Assembly: GCF_002310835.1 (NCBI RefSeq)
Contig: NZ_CP011041.1
Location: 1,950,001 to 1,982,000 of the forward strand
Reading direction: 5' to 3'
DNA from: Pseudoalteromonas tetraodonis
GTDB lineage: Bacteria; Pseudomonadota; Gammaproteobacteria; Enterobacterales; Alteromonadaceae
Length of the DNA: 32,000 nt
Of the stretch, positions 24,932 through 32,000 are shown piece after piece (position 1 is the stretch's first letter; each line of letters starts with the position of its first letter). The notes beneath the pieces were generated by a model. That model did not search any database, was not told where the DNA came from, and worked only from the letters and a program-made list of their open reading frames with translations. A program made the translations under genes and the position numbers.

Positions 24932-24955
24932 CCAAGGCCATGGTTATGGCCTTGG
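24932..24955 (-). other. Perfect 10-bp GC-rich hairpin in the carB-greA spacer
   Basis: ccaaggccat-ggtt-atggccttgg. No U-tract follows it on the transcribed (minus) strand. Confidence 0.6.
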
Positions 24956-24964
24956 CACATTTCC

Positions 24965-27900
24965 TTAGTTCAATCGCAGGTGTAGTTCTTGAACAGACGT
25001 CACTTTACTGCGGTCATCTGCTTGGTTAGCAGTACAGTTAGCAAATGCCGCATTCAATGTCGTAGTATAATTGGTTTTGTGCTGCAATGCACCACGACGT
25101 AACACCTTCGAATCTTCAATCGCTTGGCGACCTTCGGTGGTATTAACGATATAGCTATACTCGCCATTTTTGATTCTATCAAGAATGTGCGGACGACCTT
25201 CGTATACTTTATTTACACGGCGAACCGTAATTCCAGCATCTTCAAGTGCAGCAGCTGTTCCACCTGTTGCGTCTAGCTCAAAACCAAGGTCTGTCATGGT
25301 TTTAGCTAGTTCTACAATACGTGGCTTATCGCTATTACGTACAGATAGTAACGCGCGACCACCACGTGGTAAAGTGTTGCTTGCACCTAATTGTGCTTTT
25401 GCAAACGCTTCGGCGAAAGTATCACCAACACCCATTACTTCACCCGTAGAGCGCATTTCAGGTCCACGAATAGGATCCACACCTTGGAACTTAGCAAATG
25501 GCAATACCACTTCTTTTACGCTGTAGTAAGGTGGAATCACTTCTTTAGTAATGCCTTGGCTTGCTAAAGATTGACCCGCCATACAACGTGCCGCTACTTT
25601 TGCAAGTGCTACACCCGTTGCTTTAGATACAAATGGAACTGTACGTGCTGCACGTGGGTTTACTTCGATTAGATACACTTTGCCATCTTTAACCGCAAAC
25701 TGCGTATTCATCAAACCAACTACGCCAAGTTCAAGTGCCATATCAGTTACTTGCTTACGCATCACATCTTGCACTTCTTGCGTTAGCGAGTGAGCTGGTA
25801 ATGAACATGCTGAGTCACCAGAGTGAACGCCTGCTTGTTCAATATGCTCCATGATGCCGCCAATAATCACTTGCTCGCCGTCGCAAATTGCGTCAACGTC
25901 AACTTCTATCGCGTTATCTAAGAAACGGTCTAGTAATACTGGCGCTTCATTTGATGCAGATACGGCTTCGGTCATGTAACGACGTAAGTCTTGCTCATCG
26001 TATACAATTTCCATCGCACGACCACCTAATACGTACGAAGGACGTACTACCAGTGGGAAACCAATTTCAACTGATTTAAGTAGTGCTTCTTCAGTAGAGG
26101 TTACGGTGGCATTTTCTGGCTGCAGTAAGTCTAAACGCTCAACAAGTTGTTGGAAACGCTCACGGTCTTCTGCACGGTCAATTGCATCAGGTGAAGTACC
26201 AATTACAGGTACGCCGTTAGCTTCAAGCTCGCGCGCTAGTTTAAGTGGTGTTTGACCACCGTACTGCACGATAACGCCTTTTGGCTTTTCAACACGTACA
26301 ATTTCTAGTACGTCTTCAAGCGTAATTGGCTCAAAGTATAAACGATCAGATGTGTCGTAATCGGTAGAAACCGTTTCAGGGTTACAGTTAACCATGATGG
26401 TTTCGTAGCCGTCTTCGCGAAGCGCAAGAGCTGCGTGTACACAACAGTAATCAAATTCAATACCTTGGCCGATACGGTTAGGACCGCCACCAATTACCAT
26501 GATTTTATCACGGTCAGATGCGTTAGCTTCACATTCTTCATCGTAAGATGAGTACATGTAAGCAGTGTCTGAGCTAAATTCTGCGGCGCACGTATCAACG
26601 CGTTTGTAAACAGGTACAATATTGAGTTGATGGCGCTTTTTACGAATTTCAGCTTCTGACACACCAGCAATTTCTGCAATACGCGGATCGGCAAAACCTT
26701 TACGTTTAAGTTTACGCAAGAAGTCCGCATTTAAGCCGGCCATACCGACTTCTGAAATTTTAGCTTCATCTTTTAGGATGTCTTCAATTTGTACTAAGTA
26801 CCAAGGGTCAATCTTAGTCAGCTCGAACACATCTTCAACACTCATACCATGGCGCATTGCATCGGCAATGTACCAAATACGCTCTGCACCTGGCTCACGT
26901 AATTCACGAATGATTTTTTCTTTTGCTTTAGGGTCATCAAGTGCCACAATTGGGTTAAAGCCTGTTGCGCCTACTTCTAAACCACGTAATGCTTTTTGTA
27001 ATGACTCTTGTTGGTTACGACCAATCGCCATTACTTCGCCCACTGATTTCATTTGCGTCGTTAAACGGTCGTTTGCACCGGCAAATTTTTCAAAGTTAAA
27101 GCGAGGAATTTTTGTTACAACGTAATCGATTGACGGTTCAAACGATGCTGGGGTTTTACCGCCAGTGATATCGTTTTGAAGCTCATCTAACGTGTAGCCT
27201 ACCGCTAACTTAGCGGCGATTTTAGCAATAGGGAAACCCGTTGCTTTAGAGGCCAGTGCCGATGAACGTGATACACGTGGGTTCATTTCAATGATAACCA
27301 TACGGCCATCAACGGGATTTACACCAAATTGTACGTTTGAACCGCCGGTTTCAACACCAATTTCACGCAATACGGCCATAGAGGCATTACGCATAATTTG
27401 GTATTCTTTGTCGGTTAATGTTTGTGCTGGAGCCACAGTGATTGAGTCACCTGTGTGCACACCCATTGGGTCAAAGTTTTCAATAGAACAGACGATAATA
27501 CAGTTGTCTTTTTTGTCACGAACAACTTCCATTTCGTATTCTTTCCAGCCAATTAACGACTCATCTATTAATAACTCGCTGGTTGGTGAAAGGTCTAAAC
27601 CGCGCTCACAGATTTCTTCAAACTCTTCCATGTTGTAAGCCACACCGCCGCCGGTGCCGCCCATTGTGAAAGAAGGACGAATAATACACGGTAAGCCGAT
27701 ACGGGTCATGGTATCGCGCGCTTCATCCATTGAATGGGCAATTTCAGCACGTGGACATTCTAGGCCGATGTTACGCATAGCAACATCAAAGCGTTCACGG
27801 TTTTCTGCTTTATCGATTGCATCAGCCGTTGCGCCAATAAGCTCAACGCCATGCTTAGCCAATACACCATGCTTGTCTAAATCAAGCGCACAGTTTAATG

Positions 27901-28183
27901 CTGTTTGGCCACCCATTGTAGGCAGGACAGCATCTGGCTTTTCTTTTTCAATGATTTTTTCTACCACTTCCCAGTGAATTGGTTCGATGTATGTTGCATC
28001 GGCCATTTCTGGGTCAGTCATGATAGTTGCTGGGTTTGAGTTAACTAATATAACTCGATAGCCTTCTTCTCTTAGTGCTTTACACGCTTGAGCACCAGAG
28101 TAGTCAAATTCACAAGCTTGACCAATTACAATTGGGCCTGCGCCTAAGATAAGAATGCTTTTTATGTCGGTACGTTTTGGCAT
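24965..28183 (-). CDS. carB: Carbamoyl-phosphate synthase large subunit
   Basis: 1072 aa. It begins [42 protein letters not shown] and has duplicated ATP-grasp halves plus a C-terminal MGS-like domain. This is an unmistakable CarB. Confidence 0.98.
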   Translation of the reverse strand: MPKRTDIKSILILGAGPIVIGQACEFDYSGAQACKALREEGYRVILVNSNPATIMTDPEMADATYIEPIHWEVVEKIIEKEKPDAVLPTMGGQTALNCALDLDKHGVLAKHGVELIGATADAIDKAENRERFDVAMRNIGLECPRAEIAHSMDEARDTMTRIGLPCIIRPSFTMGGTGGGVAYNMEEFEEICERGLDLSPTSELLIDESLIGWKEYEMEVVRDKKDNCIIVCSIENFDPMGVHTGDSITVAPAQTLTDKEYQIMRNASMAVLREIGVETGGSNVQFGVNPVDGRMVIIEMNPRVSRSSALASKATGFPIAKIAAKLAVGYTLDELQNDITGGKTPASFEPSIDYVVTKIPRFNFEKFAGANDRLTTQMKSVGEVMAIGRNQQESLQKALRGLEVGATGFNPIVALDDPKAKEKIIRELREPGAERIWYIADAMRHGMSVEDVFELTKIDPWYLVQIEDILKDEAKISEVGMAGLNADFLRKLKRKGFADPRIAEIAGVSEAEIRKKRHQLNIVPVYKRVDTCAAEFSSDTAYMYSSYDEECEANASDRDKIMVIGGGPNRIGQGIEFDYCCVHAALALREDGYETIMVNCNPETVSTDYDTSDRLYFEPITLEDVLEIVRVEKPKGVIVQYGGQTPLKLARELEANGVPVIGTSPDAIDRAEDRERFQQLVERLDLLQPENATVTSTEEALLKSVEIGFPLVVRPSYVLGGRAMEIVYDEQDLRRYMTEAVSASNEAPVLLDRFLDNAIEVDVDAICDGEQVIIGGIMEHIEQAGVHSGDSACSLPAHSLTQEVQDVMRKQVTDMALELGVVGLMNTQFAVKDGKVYLIEVNPRAARTVPFVSKATGVALAKVAARCMAGQSLASQGITKEVIPPYYSVKEVVLPFAKFQGVDPIRGPEMRSTGEVMGVGDTFAEAFAKAQLGASNTLPRGGRALLSVRNSDKPRIVELAKTMTDLGFELDATGGTAAALEDAGITVRRVNKVYEGRPHILDRIKNGEYSYIVNTTEGRQAIEDSKVLRRGALQHKTNYTTTLNAAFANCTANQADDRSKVTSVQELHLRLN

Positions 28184-28199
28184 TATTACTCCGGTTAAA

Positions 28200-29336
28200 T
28201 TAGTGGTTACGCGCTTGCATCAAATCGATGAAGTGGTCAAATAATGGGGCTGCATCGTGCGGACCAGGACTCGCTTCAGGGTGACCTTGGAAGCTAAATG
28301 CTGGTTTATCTGTACGGTGAATACCTTGCAATGTGCCGTCAAATAACGATTTATGCGTTGCACGTAGGTTATCTGGTAATGTGGCTTCATCTGCAGCAAA
28401 ACCATGGTTTTGTGCGGTGATCATTACGACATCGCGCTCAAGATCTTTAACTGGGTGGTTACCACCATGGTGGCCAAACTTCATTTTTACTGTTTTAGCA
28501 CCTGAGGCAAGCGCTAATAGTTGATGCCCTAAACAAATACCAAAAATTGGCGTATCGGTTTCTAAAAAGGTTTTAATTGCATCAATGGCATAAGTACATG
28601 GCTCAGGATCGCCAGGGCCATTTGATAAGAAAATACCATCAGGGTTTAAGGCTAGTACGTCAGCGGCAGAGGTTTGTGCGGGTACAACCGTTAGTTTACA
28701 ACCACGATCTACAAGCATACGTAAAATATTACGTTTAACACCGAAGTCGTAGGCAACAACATGAAACTTTTCATCGTCAGCGTGTAAGGTTTTAAACCCT
28801 TCGCCTAATGTCCAGCTTGATTCGCGCCACTCAAAATTTTCCTTGGTTGAGACAACTTTTGCTAAATCCATGCCTTTTAAGCCTGGGAAGGCTTGCGCAG
28901 CTTCAAGCGCTTTTTTCTCGTCTAGTTCGTCACCGGCAATGATACAGCCATTTTGTGCGCCTTTATCACGCAAAATACGGGTTAGTTTTCTGGTGTCGAT
29001 GTCCGCAATACCTAAAATATTACGTTCTTTTAAGTAATCATCTAACGATTGCTCGTTACGAAAATTACTCGCTAGCAGTGGCAAATCACGGATCACTAGG
29101 CCTTTAGCCCAAATGTGACTCGCTTCTTCGTCTTCGCTGTTGGTACCCGTATTACCGATATGTGGGTACGTCAAAGTTACGATTTGTTCCGCGTACGATG
29201 GATCAGTCAAAATTTCTTGATAACCAGTCATAGACGTATTGAATACTACTTCACCGACTGACATGCCGTCAGCGCCGATTGCAGTACCGCGAAACACTGT
29301 GCCGTCTTCTAGGACTAACAGAGCGGATTTAGTCAA
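28200..29336 (-). CDS. carA: Carbamoyl-phosphate synthase small (glutaminase) subunit
   Basis: 378 aa with the GICLGHQ catalytic Cys motif and HGGNHPV. It has a TTG start with AGGAGG 5 nt upstream. E. coli carA is also known to initiate at UUG. Confidence 0.97.
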   Translation of the reverse strand: MTKSALLVLEDGTVFRGTAIGADGMSVGEVVFNTSMTGYQEILTDPSYAEQIVTLTYPHIGNTGTNSEDEEASHIWAKGLVIRDLPLLASNFRNEQSLDDYLKERNILGIADIDTRKLTRILRDKGAQNGCIIAGDELDEKKALEAAQAFPGLKGMDLAKVVSTKENFEWRESSWTLGEGFKTLHADDEKFHVVAYDFGVKRNILRMLVDRGCKLTVVPAQTSAADVLALNPDGIFLSNGPGDPEPCTYAIDAIKTFLETDTPIFGICLGHQLLALASGAKTVKMKFGHHGGNHPVKDLERDVVMITAQNHGFAADEATLPDNLRATHKSLFDGTLQGIHRTDKPAFSFQGHPEASPGPHDAAPLFDHFIDLMQARNH

Positions 29337-29354
29337 GTTAAACCTCCTAACAGT

Positions 29355-29391
29355 AAAAAACGGGAGTAAGCAAATTGCTTAACACCCCGCC
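29355..29391 (-). terminator. Terminator-like hairpin plus U6 inside the carA leader (attenuator candidate)
   Basis: The minus strand reads GGCGGGGUGUUAAGCA-AUU-UGCUUACUCCCG-UUUUUU. The U-tract ends 18 nt before the TTG start, and there is no room for a promoter downstream of it. Confidence 0.45.
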
Positions 29392-29650
29392 AATACTCAG
29401 ATAATTGGTCAAAACCTGATTTCTGTGAGCTTAAATTGTTTTACGCAGTCTTAAATGATGCCGATGTAAACCACTAAACCTTCATTCATTTTTCTTGCCT
29501 AAAACTCTTTTCATTCCCACACAAACCCCGGTTTTGCTAACCATATGAGTATAATTGGAAACACGCATTTAGTAATTTTTGGCAAATTGGCTGCATTCTA
29601 CATGAAGTTGGCTTTTAGGTCTAACGCTAATTAGTAAATTGTAATAAATA

Positions 29651-29673
29651 AGTGGTTATAGCAAAAAACCACT
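29651..29673 (-). terminator. Possible dapB terminator
   Basis: The minus strand reads agtggtt-ttttgctat-aaccact followed by tatttatt. The stem is only 7 bp with a large loop. Confidence 0.35.
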
Positions 29674-29698
29674 CCAAAGCGTTAAAAAAGGAACTTAA

Positions 29699-30496
29699 CT
29701 ACTTTAAATCTAGCACATCTTGCATATCATAAAGTCCTGCAGGTTTATTTTTCAACCACTGCGCAGCTCTTATAGCACCTAGCGCGAAGGTCATTCGCGA
29801 ACTTGCTTTATGGGTTAATTCAAGTCTTTCGCCCATTGTAGCGAAGTAGGCCGTGTGTTCACCTACTATATCACCGCCTCTTAGCACCGAATAACCAATT
29901 TCATTTTGTGATTTGGCCTGCTCTATGTTGTTGCGATCATAAACGGCAACCTCATCATGATCCCATCCTTTTGCCTGAGCAATCGACTCGCCAATGGCAA
30001 GTGCAGTGCCCGATGGCGCATCAATTTTATGACGATGATGTGCTTCAAAAATTTCTATATCTAAATCATCGCCTAGTTTTGTCGCTGCCGTTTGCACTAA
30101 GTTAAGCAGTAAATTTACGCCCACGCTATAATTACGCGCAAATACAATCGGAATATGTTTAGCGGCATCCGTTAATAGCGCCATATCGTCATGAGTTAAG
30201 CCGGTGGTGCCAATTACCATAGGTGTTTTTTGCTCAACGGCTGTTTTTAAATGATTTCTCATGCCTTCAGGCAAAGTAAAGTCTATAAGCACATCTACAT
30301 TTTCAACCTGCTGTTCACTGCTAAACTTAATCTCTTTTGCCGCTGCGCTATTAAGCTGATTAACGGGCAGGTCTAATAACGGTGACTGACTGCGCACATA
30401 GGCCGCCGCTAATTGTGAATTTTTATTGATTGTTGCTGCTTCTACAAGTGCCAGTCCCATACGGCCATTCGCACCAAACACACCTACTCGATTCAT
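29699..30496 (-). CDS. dapB: 4-hydroxy-tetrahydrodipicolinate reductase
   Basis: 265 aa. VGVFGANGRMG is the N-terminal Rossmann loop, and EAHHRHKIDAPSGTA is the classic DapB E(L/A)HHxxKxDAPSGTA motif. Confidence 0.95.
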   Translation of the reverse strand: MNRVGVFGANGRMGLALVEAATINKNSQLAAAYVRSQSPLLDLPVNQLNSAAAKEIKFSSEQQVENVDVLIDFTLPEGMRNHLKTAVEQKTPMVIGTTGLTHDDMALLTDAAKHIPIVFARNYSVGVNLLLNLVQTAATKLGDDLDIEIFEAHHRHKIDAPSGTALAIGESIAQAKGWDHDEVAVYDRNNIEQAKSQNEIGYSVLRGGDIVGEHTAYFATMGERLELTHKASSRMTFALGAIRAAQWLKNKPAGLYDMQDVLDLK

Positions 30497-30589
30497 CTTT
30501 TTACAACCTATGTATTTTTTAGTTAGCTAGATTTTATCTAAAACTCATGTAATAGTCAGGAAAGCTTATAAAAAAGCTTCGATTATTTT

Positions 30590-30855
30590 AGGGTCTGTTG
30601 ACCTTTGCGGATTAAAATTTGTTCAAACTAGGAGCGATTTAATCGTGGCGCGAGGTTTGTAACCTAGTGGGCTAAGTAAAAACCGAGCAACAAAGAGTAA
30701 ATCGCCCCTAGGCAGAACCCTTCGGGCAGCGCCTGTTTGGCATTGATGCTGAGTTATCGCCTATTTATGGGGAACAACCACACCACATAGGCTCTGCCTT
30801 GCCTAAATACCAAACAGACTGCTGCAAATTTAACCTTGAAAGATCAACAGACCCT
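30590..30855. other. ~266-nt element bounded by ~30-nt imperfect terminal inverted repeats with nested internal stems (candidate structured RNA or MITE-like insertion)
   Basis: agggtctgttgacctttgcggattaaaattt (30590-30620) is complementary to aaatttaaccttgaaagatcaacagaccct (30826-30855): the outer 12 nt are perfect, then the match continues with a mismatch and bulges. Inside, ctaggagcgattta (30628-30641) pairs with taaatcgcccctag (30698-30711), and gcagcgcctgtttgg (30726-30740) pairs with ccaaacagactgctgc (30810-30825). Confidence 0.5.
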
Positions 30856-31064
30856 CATAATAATAACAGATAGTCTTTGCATTTAGCCATCTATACATTT
30901 AAACTTCTTTTTTTGCGCCGATTTGGTCTTTGGCTTGCGGGCGCTGTTGGATTACTTATCTGGTTAGATAGTAAAACAAACAACTAAATTCAGCTAAAAG
31001 AGGGATGCTTTGGCTGTTTAATATATCAATCGACTTCGATTGCTATGAATAATTAACGAGGATT

Positions 31065-32000
31065 ATGATGCAGCCATCATTTGATAAAAATAAAGCAAGA
31101 TTTTCTTTGCTTCCCCTACTCACCTTTGTTGCTATTTTTTTAGGCTCAGGCTTATATTTACAATCTCAAGGGGTTGATTACGCGTTTTATCAACTCCCAG
31201 CACCAGTCGCTATTTTACCCGCGATTGTTTTAGCCTTTATTTTAAATAAAACCAACATCAACCAAAGCGTAGAAACCTTTATAAAGGGCGTAGGTAATAA
31301 CAATATTATTACCATGTGTCTTATTTACTTACTAGCGGGTGCTTTTTCGGCGGTTGCTGGTGCTACCGGCGGTGTAGATGCGGTTGTTAATGCCGGACTT
31401 TCACTTATTCCCCCTTCGTTACTACTACCTGGTTTGTTTTTAATAGCGGCGGTTATTTCTACTGCTATGGGCACATCAATGGGAACTATTGGTGCTATTG
31501 GCCCAATTGCCTATGCAGTATCTATTAAAACAGGAATTGATCCTGCTTTAATGGCCGGTACCATTGTATCTGGTGCTATGTTTGGTGATAACTTATCAAT
31601 AATTTCTGACACCACGATTGCTGCTACGCGTACGCAAGGCTGTGAAATGAAAGATAAGTTTAAAGAAAACCTTAAAATTGCTGTTCCGGCCGCCATACTC
31701 ACTATTGCATTGCTATTATTTTTAACGCCTGCAGCACAAGTAGTTGATACCAAAGACTACGATATTTTATTAGTACTTCCTTATGCCTTTATTTTAGTCC
31801 TGGCGGTAATGGGCTTTAATGTGTTTGTAGTGCTGTTAAGCGGTATTGTGTTTGCCGCATTAATGGGCTTTACCGGCAGCTATGAAGGTGCAAGCTTTGT
31901 AAAAGATATTTACAAAGGCTTTAGTGAAATGCAGGAAATATTTTTACTGTCTATGTTTATTGGTGGCCTCTCTGAGTTTATTCGTATTAATGGCGGCCTC
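31065..32000 (+). CDS. NhaC-family Na+/H+ antiporter-like transporter, N-terminal 312 codons (3' end outside window; absent from the ORF track)
   Basis: I translated it by hand from ATG 31065, which has a GAGGA Shine-Dalgarno 4 nt upstream. It reads MMQPSFDKNKARFSLLPLLTFVAIFLGSG...AVISTAMGTSMGTIGAIGPIAYAV...GAMFGDNLSIISDTTIAATRTQG... and stays open to base 32000. The MGTSxGT and SDTT blocks are typical of the NhaC family. Confidence 0.8.
   Translation, partial: MMQPSFDKNKARFSLLPLLTFVAIFLGSGLYLQSQGVDYAFYQLPAPVAILPAIVLAFILNKTNINQSVETFIKGVGNNNIITMCLIYLLAGAFSAVAGATGGVDAVVNAGLSLIPPSLLLPGLFLIAAVISTAMGTSMGTIGAIGPIAYAVSIKTGIDPALMAGTIVSGAMFGDNLSIISDTTIAATRTQGCEMKDKFKENLKIAVPAAILTIALLLFLTPAAQVVDTKDYDILLVLPYAFILVLAVMGFNVFVVLLSGIVFAALMGFTGSYEGASFVKDIYKGFSEMQEIFLLSMFIGGLSEFIRINGGL

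Noticed and set aside
24915-24941. 9-codon N-terminal extension of greA (MALGLSEKS)
   Set aside because: E. coli-like GreA begins at MQSIPMT. The extension is encoded by one arm of the carB-greA hairpin.
25170-29037. Multiple 60-118-aa ORFs on both strands within carB and carA
   Set aside because: They are shadow or out-of-frame ORFs inside two unmistakable housekeeping genes. Their Ser/Pro/Arg-rich composition is typical of wrong frames.
29461-29520. ArgR (ARG box) sites and a 10-codon leader ORF (MKRVLGKKNE, 29482-29514, minus strand) upstream of carA
   Set aside because: There are only isolated TGAAT half-sites and no 18-bp wnTGAATwwwwATTCAnw pair. The mini-ORF has no convincing Shine-Dalgarno spacing and no codon bias relevant to pyrimidine or arginine sensing.
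30590-30855. Interpreting the nested-repeat element as an IS element/transposon or as tmRNA, 6S RNA or RNase P RNA
   Set aside because: It has no ORF and I found no target-site duplication. It lacks the characteristic ends and motifs of those RNAs (for example the tmRNA GGGGCUG...CCA ends). It is kept only as an unclassified candidate.
30497-31064. Second lysine riboswitch in front of the NhaC-family gene (by analogy with the NhaC-family lysine-transporter candidates I recall)
   Set aside because: The L-box blocks seen at lysC (AGAGGUGC, GCCGAGG, GGGGCUGAAUCC, UGUCACC, GGUGGAG) are absent on the + strand. The only AGAGGG lies ~60 nt from the start codon, which is too close for an aptamer.
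31511-31753. 80-aa minus-strand ORF
   Set aside because: It is antisense to the open NhaC-family reading frame that runs to the window end.
1-32000. Genomic-island hallmarks (tRNA gene, integrase, IS, phage genes, CRISPR repeats) around the Mks-like operon or elsewhere
   Set aside because: I recognised none by eye. The flanks are ordinary transport and biosynthesis genes, so I do not claim the operon is on a mobile island.

Overview
This looks like a chromosomal segment of an AT-rich marine gammaproteobacterium. The taxon is inferred from gene content and the carA-carB-greA / dapB neighbourhood, which is Alteromonadales/Pseudoalteromonas-like. No search was run; all calls come from reading the supplied translations and the DNA. 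Most of the window is housekeeping or transport: ldhA (partial), an NSS-family Na+ symporter, an Sfp-type PPTase, lysC with a lysine riboswitch, an NhaD-like transporter, msrA, a TonB-dependent receptor, a two-gene RND efflux pump, a Tat-exported dienelactone hydrolase, a LysR/nitroreductase divergent pair, an MccF/LdcA-like S66 peptidase, greA, carB, carA, dapB and a partial NhaC-family gene that the ORF track misses. The stand-out locus is a translationally coupled three-gene operon at 6020-10634. Its third product aligns by eye with both head halves of E. coli MukB, and its gene order and sizes match MukFEB / MksFEB / Wadjet JetABC. No JetD/MksG-type nuclease gene follows it. Second-tier observations are a ~266-nt element of nested inverted repeats between dapB and the NhaC-like gene, a terminator-like hairpin inside the carA leader, a perfect GC-rich hairpin between carB and greA, and a markedly AT-rich orphan secreted-protein gene. 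I saw no rRNA, tRNA, CRISPR array, IS element, integrase or phage gene. Several ORF-track starts are over-extended (lysC, greA, nitroreductase, MFP, ykgJ-like and others) and are trimmed below.
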